A DNA stretch of 64,000 bases from a virus. The position numbers and the translations under genes were made by a program. The notes beneath the pieces were generated by a model. That model ran no database searches, was not told the origin of the DNA, and worked only from the letters and a program-made list of their open reading frames with translations. The stretch spans positions 32,001 to 96,000 of the IMG/VR virus record IMGVR_UViG_3300008952_003220. One strand, written 5' to 3'. Positions 27,825 to 39,499 of the stretch are shown here, in pieces (the first letter of the stretch is position 1; the number at the start of each line of letters is the position of its first letter).

Positions 27825-29549
27825 TTGAATGTAGGAATTTTTGCAGGTGGCTTTAAGCCGTTTCATGTCGGTCACTTTTCAAGGCTGTGTCAGTCTGTTA
27901 GAGAGTGTGATAAGACATACATTTTCTATGGTGTTTCGCCTAGAAAGAAGGGATCTGAAGTAACATTCTCTGAGAAGAATGCTCTTCAGGTATTTAATAT
28001 TACAAAACGAGCAATCAATAAAAAATATGGTGACCGGGTCGAGGTCATCAAGTCTACAAATCCAGTCACATCTGTCTATGAGACAATTATTGAAAATCAC
28101 GGTAGTAAAAATACTGTCAGACTATTTGGTAGAGAATCTGACCTTAAGAAATACTATAAGTCTTACATCGGAACTCAAAAAGAAAAAAAGTATTTTGGAA
28201 ACATGCTTTCTGAGAACAGGCTGATCTTTATTGATGATGCTAGCCCGACAATTATTTCAGAATACTTTCCAGATAAAAGTAGCACGCAGCTGAGCCAGTT
28301 AATAGAACTTAGCGGAAGTCAGTTTAGAAAGAATATTGAAGATGCTAAGATTAATGATCTTTTTGACTCTTTGCCTCCAATTCTGTCGCTTAGGGACAAG
28401 ATTGACATCTTGCTAGGTCTTAATCTTTCACTTTCAAATTCTAATACAGTTAGTCACATAGACCACCTTTATGAAATGATTGATCTAACAGTCAACGAAT
28501 TTCATGATCTTATTAACGATGTTGCTAACGGCAGTGTCCAGGACATGCAAGAGAAAATGGATGGTCAAAATCTTACATTTACTTTCTACAATGACCAGAT
28601 CCGATTCCTTACCAAGGGACCAAATATTACGCGTATTTTAAATTCTGCCAAGGGAAGGTCTGAGATCATTGAAGACTATGGTCACATGCCTGAAATAAGA
28701 GATGCTTTTCTTTGGGCAATGGACCTTATTGAGCCTGTGGCTTTAAGTTATTCTCATCTATTTAAAGGGGGTCTTGTCGTCGTTGAAGCAGCTCTTCTTC
28801 ACCATAAGTCTTCTAATACAATTGCTTATGATAAAGATCAGATAAGGATTATTGGACCGAGCACGCCAATTGGAGGTGTTCTATACAACGAAGTCGGGTT
28901 TAAAGAGCTTTTTAAAGATTTAGAAATTAAGACCCAGGGTACAGTCTCAATGGTTCCTGTTATTGATAAGCTTGGAGAGTGTGATTCTCAGTTTTTACAA
29001 TGTATACATGATGAGTTTAGAGATGCTGTCTTTAAAGATGACAAAACAATTCAGGATGTTCTTGTTTCACATGCTGTACAGCACATAAAAAGAGAAACAG
29101 CCTTAAATGACTGTCTGTTGTATCCAGGGGCACTTCGTCTTGTAACAGGTAGTAAATGTCATCTAACTAGGAAAATGTGTAACCAGATAGGCCCAGAGCA
29201 ATGGAAAGTATATAAAGAGATTGAAGCAGATAGAAAGATTCACATGATGATAATTCGAGAGCCGATTGAGTCTTTATTGGTTAAGTTGCATAATAACATT
29301 CAATCCAGAATTACTAGAAATCTAAATTGCACTAATATTAATGAAATTAATTCCTTTATAGATAGAGACATTCATGATCTATCTTGTGAAGAAGAGAAGC
29401 AATGTATTCTCTTTATTAAGAATAGAATTGAAATGCTAGACCATACTGAAGGTATTGTGTTTAAATGGAGAGGAAGGTTGACTAAGCTGACTGGTCATTT
29501 TACCAGGCTAAACAGGGCACGCTGGATTGCCAGGAGAAATCAAAATTGA
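27825..29549 (+). CDS. fusion of a HIGH-class cytidylyltransferase-like domain and an ATP-dependent ligase-fold domain
   Basis: GGFKPFHVGH and LSGSQFR; QEKMDGQN (KxDG), EGIVF and KLTG. Confidence 0.75.
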   Translation: MNVGIFAGGFKPFHVGHFSRLCQSVRECDKTYIFYGVSPRKKGSEVTFSEKNALQVFNITKRAINKKYGDRVEVIKSTNPVTSVYETIIENHGSKNTVRLFGRESDLKKYYKSYIGTQKEKKYFGNMLSENRLIFIDDASPTIISEYFPDKSSTQLSQLIELSGSQFRKNIEDAKINDLFDSLPPILSLRDKIDILLGLNLSLSNSNTVSHIDHLYEMIDLTVNEFHDLINDVANGSVQDMQEKMDGQNLTFTFYNDQIRFLTKGPNITRILNSAKGRSEIIEDYGHMPEIRDAFLWAMDLIEPVALSYSHLFKGGLVVVEAALLHHKSSNTIAYDKDQIRIIGPSTPIGGVLYNEVGFKELFKDLEIKTQGTVSMVPVIDKLGECDSQFLQCIHDEFRDAVFKDDKTIQDVLVSHAVQHIKRETALNDCLLYPGALRLVTGSKCHLTRKMCNQIGPEQWKVYKEIEADRKIHMMIIREPIESLLVKLHNNIQSRITRNLNCTNINEINSFIDRDIHDLSCEEEKQCILFIKNRIEMLDHTEGIVFKWRGRLTKLTGHFTRLNRARWIARRNQN

Positions 29550-30223
29550 GTAACAATGTATTTAAGCATCTAGAAGTTGATTTAGTTACGAGGACATCTA
29601 AAAAAGACTGTAACCTAATTGTTAATAATCTAAAAGAGATTCTTGGAGCAAGGGTAATTCCATTTGGGTCTACATGTGAGTGGGAATGGTCTGGAGATGT
29701 CGATGCTGTCGTTGAGTGTAAAAATAAGATGATGCTATGGAATAAGCTTCGTAATAGCTTTAAAGAGGTTAAGAAGTGCGGCAGCCTTTTTTCAATCTTA
29801 TACCATCACAAGCCCACAGGATTTGTTCAGGTTGATCTATTGCCTTCTTCAAATCCAGAGCATGATGCCTGGAGTCTCTCAGGCGGGCTGCCCGGTGGTG
29901 TCAAGGGAAAGTACAGGAACATGGCTCTTTGTTACCTTGCCAAGAAGATGAGCGCTGAGGCTGGGTTTAAGATTACGTTTGCATCTCCCGGGGGTCTTGG
30001 GCAACCAGGAAATAGAATTACAGATCCTCAGTCTATTTTGAACTATCTAAAAGTTCCCTGCGACCCAGAGACAGCAATGTCGCTAGAGGGAATTGTTGAA
30101 TCTCTTGCTAGGGACAATCAGTCTGATCGTCTTGTAGGATTTGATAGCTATATTAGAGGGCCAAAGAATCAAACATCAGAGCAGATAGAGCGTGCAATTA
30201 AATATATAAATGCAATGATCTGA
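29546..30223 (+). CDS. Pol-beta-superfamily nucleotidyltransferase
   Basis: FGS...SGDVD...VQVD. Confidence 0.75.
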   Translation: MSNNVFKHLEVDLVTRTSKKDCNLIVNNLKEILGARVIPFGSTCEWEWSGDVDAVVECKNKMMLWNKLRNSFKEVKKCGSLFSILYHHKPTGFVQVDLLPSSNPEHDAWSLSGGLPGGVKGKYRNMALCYLAKKMSAEAGFKITFASPGGLGQPGNRITDPQSILNYLKVPCDPETAMSLEGIVESLARDNQSDRLVGFDSYIRGPKNQTSEQIERAIKYINAMI

Positions 30224-30245
30224 GATAATTAATCTAGAGGCCTGC

Positions 30246-31736
30246 ATGAAAGTAAGTGAACTTTATCTACGCCAGCTTGTAAGAGATAGTCTTTTCAAAA
30301 GACTCGTCACTGAAGCTGATGCCGAAGAAGAAGATTTTGAGAGGGAGATGCCTGAAATACTCCCCCCGGAAATATATGAGCCTAGTGAGTCTGTTCAAGG
30401 CGAACCCGACGAGCCAGAGCCTGAAGAAGATTCTAGTGAGGCTGATAAGGTAGTTGTTAATCTATCTACAGCAGCAGGCATGGAGGTTGCAACAGCATTA
30501 ATATCTGCAAATCCAGATAGAGTAAAATATGGTAGAAGGCTAGACAGAGTAGATAGGCTTTATCCTGTAAAGGATCCAGAAAATCCTGTGACGCAGGCTG
30601 AGTTTATTGAGATGATAAAGCGTGCTTTCAAGCCTGAAGCGGGTCACATCTGGACCATTTCAAAAAGAAGCGAGATGTTTGGGTTGCAAAATAAAAGCGG
30701 AAAATTTCCTATCACAGTATTTATTCCACACCCTGACCAAATTGCAAGTGCTAATCCTGGCGAAGCCATTCCGACCATGCTAACTCAGGGAAGGAACGAG
30801 GGTGATGAGTATGAGGAGGCTGCATACACTGAGTTTTCTGAAGCGTCTAAGGGAAGCAAAGTGTCTCCATTGGTTAAGTCTGTAATTGATGGAATATCAA
30901 AAGACAGAGTCAAGAGAGACCTTGACCCTATCGACATCGTGAAATGGAATGTTCGGAGTACAGGAACTGAGAGTACAAAGCTCCCTTTTACAGACGAGGT
31001 CAGGGATGTTGGAGAAACAATATCAGACATAACACTTGAGCGAGGAGATGATAAAGTCTATATCTCGCTTAAGAACAAGAAAGGGTCTACAATAGCTAAC
31101 AGGGGCTATTCAGGAAAGTTTTCATTTAGTGATGATGATTCTGTTGTTTTTAATGTGGATGGCGGTGCAAAGAGGTCGCAGCCTGCTCTTAAGAAAATTG
31201 ATGAATTTTTAAAAGCTCTCGGTGTCAACACAGGTATTGCTGCTAAAGGGTTCCAGGATTACGCTAAGTATAGCACATTAGATGATGAGCAAAAGCTTGA
31301 TCTTGGTAGCGTTGACTATAAATTTAATACACAGCCCGAACTTTTAAAGCTCTTTAAAGACAAGCTGCAAGTAGATGAAGAGAAGGTTAATAATTTTCTT
31401 AGAGCCTCAGTTGGAATGGGATACTACTACGTTAGAGAAGTTTCACCAGGTAAAGCAAAAGTTATTCCGCTATTGACTAGAGAAGAGCTTGATGACTTTG
31501 TCGGTAAGATAGATGTTAACAGCCTTGAGATCTTATACCCAGAGGCAAACAATGATAGACAGTCGAAAGGTATAGAGCTTAAGGTTAAAACGAAGGGCAA
31601 GGAAGATAGACCGTATAAAGCTTTTAAAGTCAGAGTGAGAAATACAGATGGTGAGATTCTTCCCAATAAGATGCAAGTCGATGTTGTCAAAGAGGAGTTC
31701 ATGAGAAAATGGGTCAAGAAATTCCTAAAAAAATAG
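30246..31736 (+). CDS. tagged protein with PD-(D/E)xK-like nuclease core
   Basis: ISDITL...YISLK; N-terminal MKVSELYLRQLVRD. Confidence 0.6.
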   Translation: MKVSELYLRQLVRDSLFKRLVTEADAEEEDFEREMPEILPPEIYEPSESVQGEPDEPEPEEDSSEADKVVVNLSTAAGMEVATALISANPDRVKYGRRLDRVDRLYPVKDPENPVTQAEFIEMIKRAFKPEAGHIWTISKRSEMFGLQNKSGKFPITVFIPHPDQIASANPGEAIPTMLTQGRNEGDEYEEAAYTEFSEASKGSKVSPLVKSVIDGISKDRVKRDLDPIDIVKWNVRSTGTESTKLPFTDEVRDVGETISDITLERGDDKVYISLKNKKGSTIANRGYSGKFSFSDDDSVVFNVDGGAKRSQPALKKIDEFLKALGVNTGIAAKGFQDYAKYSTLDDEQKLDLGSVDYKFNTQPELLKLFKDKLQVDEEKVNNFLRASVGMGYYYVREVSPGKAKVIPLLTREELDDFVGKIDVNSLEILYPEANNDRQSKGIELKVKTKGKEDRPYKAFKVRVRNTDGEILPNKMQVDVVKEEFMRKWVKKFLKK

Positions 31737-31984
31737 AGGAGCAGCTTGAGATTGTTGCTTCCTACGCTGGTGATTGTGATGACTGGGTAACCATTAAGAA
31801 AGAAGTGATGCGTGCTCTCCCGCCCACCCTAAGAAAATTTTTTTCCACCAGGGATCCCAGGACAAAGGAGCAGTGGTTAAACCCATTTGAAATGAAGCTC
31901 ATTGAAGCCTATCGAGATATAACTGATACAGTTCTTATTCTTAGAACGCTAGAAGAAAGAAGAGAATTATTTGGTCCACTTTGA
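31709..31984 (+). CDS. hypothetical protein
   Basis: 91-aa ORF. Confidence 0.65.
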   Translation: MGQEIPKKIEEQLEIVASYAGDCDDWVTIKKEVMRALPPTLRKFFSTRDPRTKEQWLNPFEMKLIEAYRDITDTVLILRTLEERRELFGPL

Positions 31985-32015
31985 TTTAACTTTCTTAAGA
32001 ATGTTATAATATTGA

Positions 32016-32393
32016 TTGTTCACACACTTAGATGGAGTAATGACCATGAGTTCAAAGACAAGCTGGATCCCCGAGATCATGTATGAAGATGTAGACGAGG
32101 GCTCTTCCTCAATTCCCTTTGTCATGGTTCCTGAGGAAGAGGAGATGCCCACCCTACTTTACATATTTGAGAGTCGTCACACTGGAGAGTTTGAACCGGG
32201 ACTTGATGGAGAGGAGGTTCCTGTTGTGCAGTGGGATCTTCACCAATATGCTGACATGATGATTTTAAAGGAAAGGGTAGATGAAGAGACGTATGATACA
32301 ATTCGCGTCGCCCTGGGACTAGACCCTCTAGAAGATGCAGTCAGGAAGGGACAGGGAATCACTCAGGATGTTAGAAATAATCTAAATATCTGA
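32016..32393 (+). CDS. hypothetical acidic protein
   Basis: 125-aa ORF; real start probably the ATG after GGAG. Confidence 0.7.
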   Translation: MFTHLDGVMTMSSKTSWIPEIMYEDVDEGSSSIPFVMVPEEEEMPTLLYIFESRHTGEFEPGLDGEEVPVVQWDLHQYADMMILKERVDEETYDTIRVALGLDPLEDAVRKGQGITQDVRNNLNI

Positions 32394-32454
32394 CGGTAAT
32401 CTTAGGTAATTTTCTCACGGGTCGAATACTTAAAAATGATGGAGGAATATCCTT

Positions 32455-32943
32455 ATGCGCTTTAATGCAAACAGGCTTGCTAGACTTGCAGGTCTTTCTA
32501 ATGATTCAGGCTCAGGCGTTCTAAGAGAGGGACGCCAGCTACAAGAGCTTCAAAATAGCCGTGAAAGAGATGAGTACGGTGAAGACGGAGACTACGGCGA
32601 TGAGATGCTTGCTGAGGACAGAGACGACGACGACGAGGTCCTTGAGATAAGTGAGACTATGCTTAGGGACGAGATTCGTCGCATGAGAGTGGCTCGACTT
32701 AATGAGAGCAGGACTAGGCAATCTGTGGCAAGAAAGACTTCTCGTCACAGAAGAAGACGTCAGGATAGCTCAGCGCTTCAAGAGGCAAAGCTTCGAAAGG
32801 AGATTAGAAGTCAGATCAGTGAGATCTTTGAAGATCTTCAGCTGACAAGCAAGTGGATCTACGGTAAGAATCTTCCCAGAAGAAGCTCACCTGGCAGGGT
32901 CACGATGGGTGCACCCGGAATTGGATTCAAAAACTTTAAGTAA
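32455..32943 (+). CDS. putative head-internal or scaffold-like protein
   Basis: ATACTTA at 32426; repeated LxE sites and LRxEIR motifs. Confidence 0.6.
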   Translation: MRFNANRLARLAGLSNDSGSGVLREGRQLQELQNSRERDEYGEDGDYGDEMLAEDRDDDDEVLEISETMLRDEIRRMRVARLNESRTRQSVARKTSRHRRRRQDSSALQEAKLRKEIRSQISEIFEDLQLTSKWIYGKNLPRRSSPGRVTMGAPGIGFKNFK

Positions 32944-32964
32944 TAATCACATCACAATATCCAT

Positions 32965-32997
32965 ATAAAAGGGCCGGTAATTTACCGGCCCTTTTAT
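32965..32997. terminator. bidirectional intrinsic terminator
   Basis: ATAAAAGGGCCGGTAA-T-TTACCGGCCCTTTTAT inverted repeat. Confidence 0.85.
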
Positions 32998-33041
32998 TGT
33001 GTACACACAGATAATTTTGTTTATAATCTCTATAGGAGATT

Positions 33042-33470
33042 ATGATTATGAGATATGACGTTGGGCAGGTTGTGTTCCTCCTCTCTAAAAAAGACATGAA
33101 AGTCTTCCCGGCTCAGGTCGTGGAAGAGATTATATCAAAGAAGATCGACGGTGAGAACGTTACCTACGTTGCACGTTTGCCAAACAAGGATCGATCTGAG
33201 GTTAGTCTTAGTGAGGTTAATGCGACTGTTTTTAAAGATGCAAAATCGCTCAAGGGACATATGATTAGGTCTGCGACAGAATCGATTACATCCCTTGTGT
33301 CTGCTGCTGAGCAGCTAGCTGAAAGATCTTTTGATGCTGTTGCCAAAGAAACTGATCAACCATTTGAGATAAAGGGAGAAGTTTCTGGTGACTTAGCAGA
33401 GGTTGACCTAGGGAATGGAATTAAGGCAAAGATCAATCTTAATGAGGTCCCGCCAGATATAGCGATCTAG
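33042..33470 (+). CDS. hypothetical protein with SH3-like N-terminus
   Basis: YDVGQVVF; class A promoter at 32999. Confidence 0.7.
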   Translation: MIMRYDVGQVVFLLSKKDMKVFPAQVVEEIISKKIDGENVTYVARLPNKDRSEVSLSEVNATVFKDAKSLKGHMIRSATESITSLVSAAEQLAERSFDAVAKETDQPFEIKGEVSGDLAEVDLGNGIKAKINLNEVPPDIAI

Positions 33471-33539
33471 TCGATCGTTTTATACGAACTGCTATTAACT
33501 GTTTGTCTTTTATTGATAGCTTTATGACAGGAGTGAATT

Positions 33540-35331
<1,792 letters not shown>

Positions 35332-35384
35332 TTTGTTTTTATATTGAAAGTTTAACACAGCCTACTTAATTATAGAAGGGTGGC

Positions 35385-35732
35385 TTGCTAATGCTCACAG
35401 AGAATGAAAATCTTAGACTTAGACGTGATATTGAGAAGACAACATTGCGACTTATCATGGACCAGAATGCCCATGTTCCAGATACGCTGACTAGAATTAG
35501 AGTTCTTCCGACAGTGGCTGTCGTTGGTCAAAAAGAAAAGGTTCAGAGAACTGAGGCGCAAAATGCTGTTCTTGATGTTTACGTTAAGTTTTTACCAACA
35601 TCTGGTAGTCTAATTAAGACGCTTATGTCTCTTGGAAAGATGATAAAGGGACTACCTGGTGTCAAGATTGTCCGAGTTCTTGCTGTTAACAATAGAAAGG
35701 TTCAGCGCAAAGGAAAGCCGATAGTAATATGA
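35385..35732 (+). CDS. hypothetical protein (ferredoxin/ACT-like pattern)
   Basis: IRVLPTV...IKGLPGV repeat; CTACTTA upstream. Confidence 0.6.
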   Translation: MLMLTENENLRLRRDIEKTTLRLIMDQNAHVPDTLTRIRVLPTVAVVGQKEKVQRTEAQNAVLDVYVKFLPTSGSLIKTLMSLGKMIKGLPGVKIVRVLAVNNRKVQRKGKPIVI

Positions 35733-35944
35733 GCAAGTCAAAATACACAAAGCTTGTCGCTTCATATAGAACTGATCTTTCACTAGGCTTGCAGTGGGCA
35801 CGTGCAAATAAGTCGATTACTGGACCGGCAGAGATTCAGAAGTCAGGTGACGTCTACTACGCGAGGGTGAAGCTAAAGAAAGGAAAGGCATTTCTAAAGA
35901 ATCTCATAAGTGATAAGTTTGGTAGTTTTATAAAAGTTAAGTAG
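35729..35944 (+). CDS. small basic protein
   Basis: 71-aa coupled ORF. Confidence 0.6.
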   Translation: MSKSKYTKLVASYRTDLSLGLQWARANKSITGPAEIQKSGDVYYARVKLKKGKAFLKNLISDKFGSFIKVK

Positions 35945-36036
35945 TTTCGTGTAAACTTAGGCTGTTTATGATACAATTAAAGGGTGCTAATTAAGGTACA
36001 CAAAAAATAGATCAATAATTTTTGGGGTAATTACTC

Positions 36037-36264
36037 ATGAATAATATCGATGAACTAGCCGTTATGGCTGAAGATAAGCTGACAGGCCTTTTTCTTAGAA
36101 CACGCAGTGACATTAAGAGGGCTCGACGAAGAAATGACAAGAAGGCTGTTGCAGATTATGAGATCGATCTTTGCTATATTCAGCGTGAGATTGAGATTAG
36201 GCATGAAAGAAAGAAGGCCCATGCCCAATACACTTCTGTAAATCCAAGAAAGTTTAGTGCTTAA
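36037..36264 (+). CDS. hypothetical protein
   Basis: 75 aa; class A promoter at 35949. Confidence 0.7.
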   Translation: MNNIDELAVMAEDKLTGLFLRTRSDIKRARRRNDKKAVADYEIDLCYIQREIEIRHERKKAHAQYTSVNPRKFSA

Positions 36265-36434
36265 TTAAAGCCTTTTCTTTTGTAACTGGGTGTCTATATT
36301 AATAGTACACTTGGTATATCATTTTTTGATTATTTCTATATGATCAAATACTTAAATCCAATCTTTTAAAGATAAATTATATTTTTTATTTTATGAAGAT
36401 TTTCTTTTTCTATATCTTTAAAAAGGAAAAATAA

Positions 36435-37193
36435 ATGCAATCAATAAGCACTTATTTCAAAGACGTCTCTAGAACTACACTATTAACAAGAGAGGAAGAG
36501 GTTTCCCTTTCTCAGAGAATTGAGCAAGGAGACGAAGAAGCCCGAAGGGTTATGATTGAGTCAAACCTTAGACTTGCAATTAGCATTGCTAAGAGGTACT
36601 ATAAGAGTGGCTGCTCTTTGGAAGATCTAATTCAAGAGTCGAATATTGGACTTATGAAGGCTGTTGAAAAATTTGACTGGCGTCGTGGATTTAAATTCTC
36701 GACATACGCAAGCTGGTGGATCAGACAGTCTATCTGTCGTCACATTAGCACACACAGAAACACTGTCAGAGTTCCTTCGCACGCATCATCTCTAGCATCT
36801 AAGATTAGAAAATTGACTGCTGAATATGAGGATGAGTTTAACCAGAAACCGAGTAACTCGGAGATTGCAGAGATCCTTGGGATTACTGAAAAGATGGTCA
36901 AGGCAAGTATTGAATCAATGAAGCTTCAGTATATGACCTCTATTCACGCTACTGTTGGAAATGATGAAAATAGCAGACAGGTAATTGAGATGATCTCTGA
37001 CGACACATACAAGACACCCGATGAGATAATGGATCACGAGAAGATGATGAATGTGATCAAGTCCTGTCTTAGCAAGCTTTCCTCTAGAGAGGAGCAGATT
37101 CTAAGGCTTAGATTTGGTATCACAGATGAGTTTAGCGATACTGAAGAGTTTGATGTTGATGAAGAAGAAATTTACACTGAGATAGGAGAATAG
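36435..37193 (+). CDS. sigma70-family factor (regions 1.2 to 4.1; lacks the region 4.2 HTH)
   Basis: LLTREEE, NLRL, DLIQESNIGLMKAVEKFD, FSTYASWWIRQ and REEQILRLRFGI, then an acidic tail. Confidence 0.93.
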   Translation: MQSISTYFKDVSRTTLLTREEEVSLSQRIEQGDEEARRVMIESNLRLAISIAKRYYKSGCSLEDLIQESNIGLMKAVEKFDWRRGFKFSTYASWWIRQSICRHISTHRNTVRVPSHASSLASKIRKLTAEYEDEFNQKPSNSEIAEILGITEKMVKASIESMKLQYMTSIHATVGNDENSRQVIEMISDDTYKTPDEIMDHEKMMNVIKSCLSKLSSREEQILRLRFGITDEFSDTEEFDVDEEEIYTEIGE

Positions 37194-37196
37194 ATC

Positions 37197-37475
37197 ATGT
37201 CAATGCCATTAGGATTTAAATCAGAGCACGGTTATGCAACTGTTAGGTCAAACGAGGGTGGGCTGGGATATCGAGAGATTGCAGAGGCTATGACAGAAAG
37301 AGGGTTTAAGATGAATCACTCTACTGCTAGAAATGTATTCCTCGCAGCTATGGAAAAGATTGCATTTAATGTATGTAACTTTTATGATTGTGATACGGGC
37401 AATGATAATCTAAAGCGGGTTTCATCTGATCCTAGATTTCAATCAGGCGTCTTAGATGTCCTAAAGACAATTTAA
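37197..37475 (+). CDS. stand-alone sigma region-4.2-like HTH protein
   Basis: GYREIAEAM...NHSTARNVFLAAMEKI; own AGGAG RBS; in frame with the sigma gene. Confidence 0.65.
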   Translation: MSMPLGFKSEHGYATVRSNEGGLGYREIAEAMTERGFKMNHSTARNVFLAAMEKIAFNVCNFYDCDTGNDNLKRVSSDPRFQSGVLDVLKTI

Positions 37476-37485
37476 TAAGAATAAA

Positions 37486-37782
37486 ATGAAATCTCTGGCC
37501 TTTATATTTGACTCACTCGAAAACTTGACACAGCAGACAATGCTTCTCGAGGCATGCGGCTGGGATGAAGATAGGGCTAATTCTCTATTTGAAAAAGCCT
37601 CTGAAGTAATGATTGAGATCTTCAACTCTGCTAGTTGTAAAAGCTGGGAAGATTTCAAGTATAGAATCGGTGAATCTCTTTCAGAAGATTTCAATACTGA
37701 TGAGGTAATCACTATGTTAAAGATTGTGGATGGTATAGCAGAGAAAAGTCAGTTTATTCCTGATAGCTCATATGAAAACTAA
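37486..37782 (+). CDS. hypothetical acidic protein
   Basis: 98-aa ORF. Confidence 0.65.
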   Translation: MKSLAFIFDSLENLTQQTMLLEACGWDEDRANSLFEKASEVMIEIFNSASCKSWEDFKYRIGESLSEDFNTDEVITMLKIVDGIAEKSQFIPDSSYEN

Positions 37783-37972
37783 AGCAATCTCACAAAACTC
37801 TAAGCACGGTAAGGGCAGGTCGGATCTTCCGGGATTTCTTGTTAAGCATGTTGATGACAACAGCTTCGGAATCCTAATCAGTCAAGACGATAATCACTCA
37901 GAGTTTTGGAAGGTTTTTTCATCAAATGGAATTGTTACCTGGTACAAGCCTAAGTGCGAAATACTTACTTAA
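37772..37972 (+). CDS. small SH3-like protein
   Basis: PGFLV...GILI...VTW pattern. Confidence 0.5.
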   Translation: MKTKAISQNSKHGKGRSDLPGFLVKHVDDNSFGILISQDDNHSEFWKVFSSNGIVTWYKPKCEILT

Positions 37973-37975
37973 GTA

Positions 37976-38221
37976 ATGAAGCACCCATTATCTCAAAACG
38001 GTACGTTGCTAGATTTTGAAAGTGGTCGAATAATTTTATCATTCGAAAGAATTTCTATAGAATTTGCCATCGAGGAGTTTCTGGAGTTTTGTGAGCTTGT
38101 TGACGAAACGCGTCTTTCTGTTTTAAATGATCCTGACTTTGTAGTCGGAACTTACGATGATGAGAATGGCGAGAAAAAAGAAATTTTACTTATGAAGCCA
38201 GAAGATGAAGATTACAACTAG
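37976..38221 (+). CDS. hypothetical acidic protein
   Basis: 81 aa; ATACTTA at 37961. Confidence 0.65.
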   Translation: MKHPLSQNGTLLDFESGRIILSFERISIEFAIEEFLEFCELVDETRLSVLNDPDFVVGTYDDENGEKKEILLMKPEDEDYN

Positions 38222-38260
38222 TCATAATACTTATAACTATGACTAGTATTAGGAGATCAA

Positions 38261-38695
38261 ATGGGTACCGAGTATAAAAATCCTGGACCAAATTTTACAC
38301 CAGCCTATCAGCTATCTGGTGTTCCCTTTGTTACATCGTCTGCCAGTGAGCATATTAATGCTACACCGGTGGAAATTACTTTTCCATATGTGACACGATT
38401 TTTTGACGTAACTAACTTGTCAACAAATCCGATGAGAATTGGATTTAGTGAAAATGGTATTAATGGAAGAGCAGAAGCTGAAGATAAGACAAATTTAAGA
38501 AATCACTATTTTATACTTTCTGGAACAACATCAACTGGGAGACTTGAGCTAAGATGTAAGAGCGTCTTCTTTAGGGCAGATATAAATGCAAATAAAGTTG
38601 GGTTTAGCCTGGTTGCTGGTCTTACGGGAATAGAGCAATTCCCGCCACTTACCGGTACGTTTCAGACTACAGCTAGCTTTAAGGGAATCGGTTAG
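38261..38695 (+). CDS. putative virion structural protein
   Basis: Beta-rich, YQLSGVPFVTSS and LSG motifs; ATACTTA at 38227. Confidence 0.55.
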   Translation: MGTEYKNPGPNFTPAYQLSGVPFVTSSASEHINATPVEITFPYVTRFFDVTNLSTNPMRIGFSENGINGRAEAEDKTNLRNHYFILSGTTSTGRLELRCKSVFFRADINANKVGFSLVAGLTGIEQFPPLTGTFQTTASFKGIG

Positions 38696-38740
38696 ATTCT
38701 TTTTTAAAAGAAGATAGGCCTAGGGTTTATAATTAATTCT

Positions 38741-39499
38741 ATGGAACACTCTAAAAGCGACATTCAGAAGCAGCTAAGTTATCTTCTTCCTAAAGACAGC
38801 CTTGATCCGCTTGTCTGGTCAGAAGATGACAGTCTTCTTCCAGATGTTCGAGAATCTCTATTAAAAATAGCAGATGAGTTTATGGAATTTTTAGAGATCG
38901 ATGTTCCATCTGAAGGGTTTATTCTTATTGGAAGCTTAGCAAATTATAACTACACTTCATTTAGTGATATAGACTTGCATGTGCTAATAGACTTCGAGGC
39001 TGTTGATGAAAATCAAGATCTTGTCAGAGAATACATGATGGCCAAGAAGTCTCTCTGGAATAATAGACACGATATAATGGTCAAGGGTCATGAAGTTGAA
39101 CTATATCCTCAGAGTATTAGCTTAGAATATCATTCTACAGGTGCCTATGATATTCTCAAAGATGAGTGGATTAGTAAGCCGACTAAGATAGAAGCTGATG
39201 TAGATGTTCTTGCTGTAAAGAAAAAAGTAAAATCTTTAATGAATAAGATTGAGAAAGCTCTTGAATCTGATGATAGACTCGAAGATCTGGCAGTGCTTAA
39301 GTCAAAGATAAATAAGATGAGACAGTCTGGCCTTGAGAGATCTGGAGAGTTCTCTGTAGAAAATCTTGCATTTAAGATCTTAAGAAGAAACGGCTATATT
39401 GATAAGATATATAAAACTAGTCGAAGAGATTATGATAAATCTCTAAGTCTTCAGCAAGAGTCATTAATTAGAAATTATATTAAATTTCTTATTTTTTAA
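38741..39499 (+). CDS. Pol-beta-superfamily nucleotidyltransferase
   Basis: GSLANYNY..SDIDLH...VELY. Confidence 0.8.
   Translation: MEHSKSDIQKQLSYLLPKDSLDPLVWSEDDSLLPDVRESLLKIADEFMEFLEIDVPSEGFILIGSLANYNYTSFSDIDLHVLIDFEAVDENQDLVREYMMAKKSLWNNRHDIMVKGHEVELYPQSISLEYHSTGAYDILKDEWISKPTKIEADVDVLAVKKKVKSLMNKIEKALESDDRLEDLAVLKSKINKMRQSGLERSGEFSVENLAFKILRRNGYIDKIYKTSRRDYDKSLSLQQESLIRNYIKFLIF

Noticed and set aside
36265-36434. AT-rich gap before the sigma gene as a replication origin
   Set aside because: No iterons or DnaA boxes were seen, only weak inverted repeats
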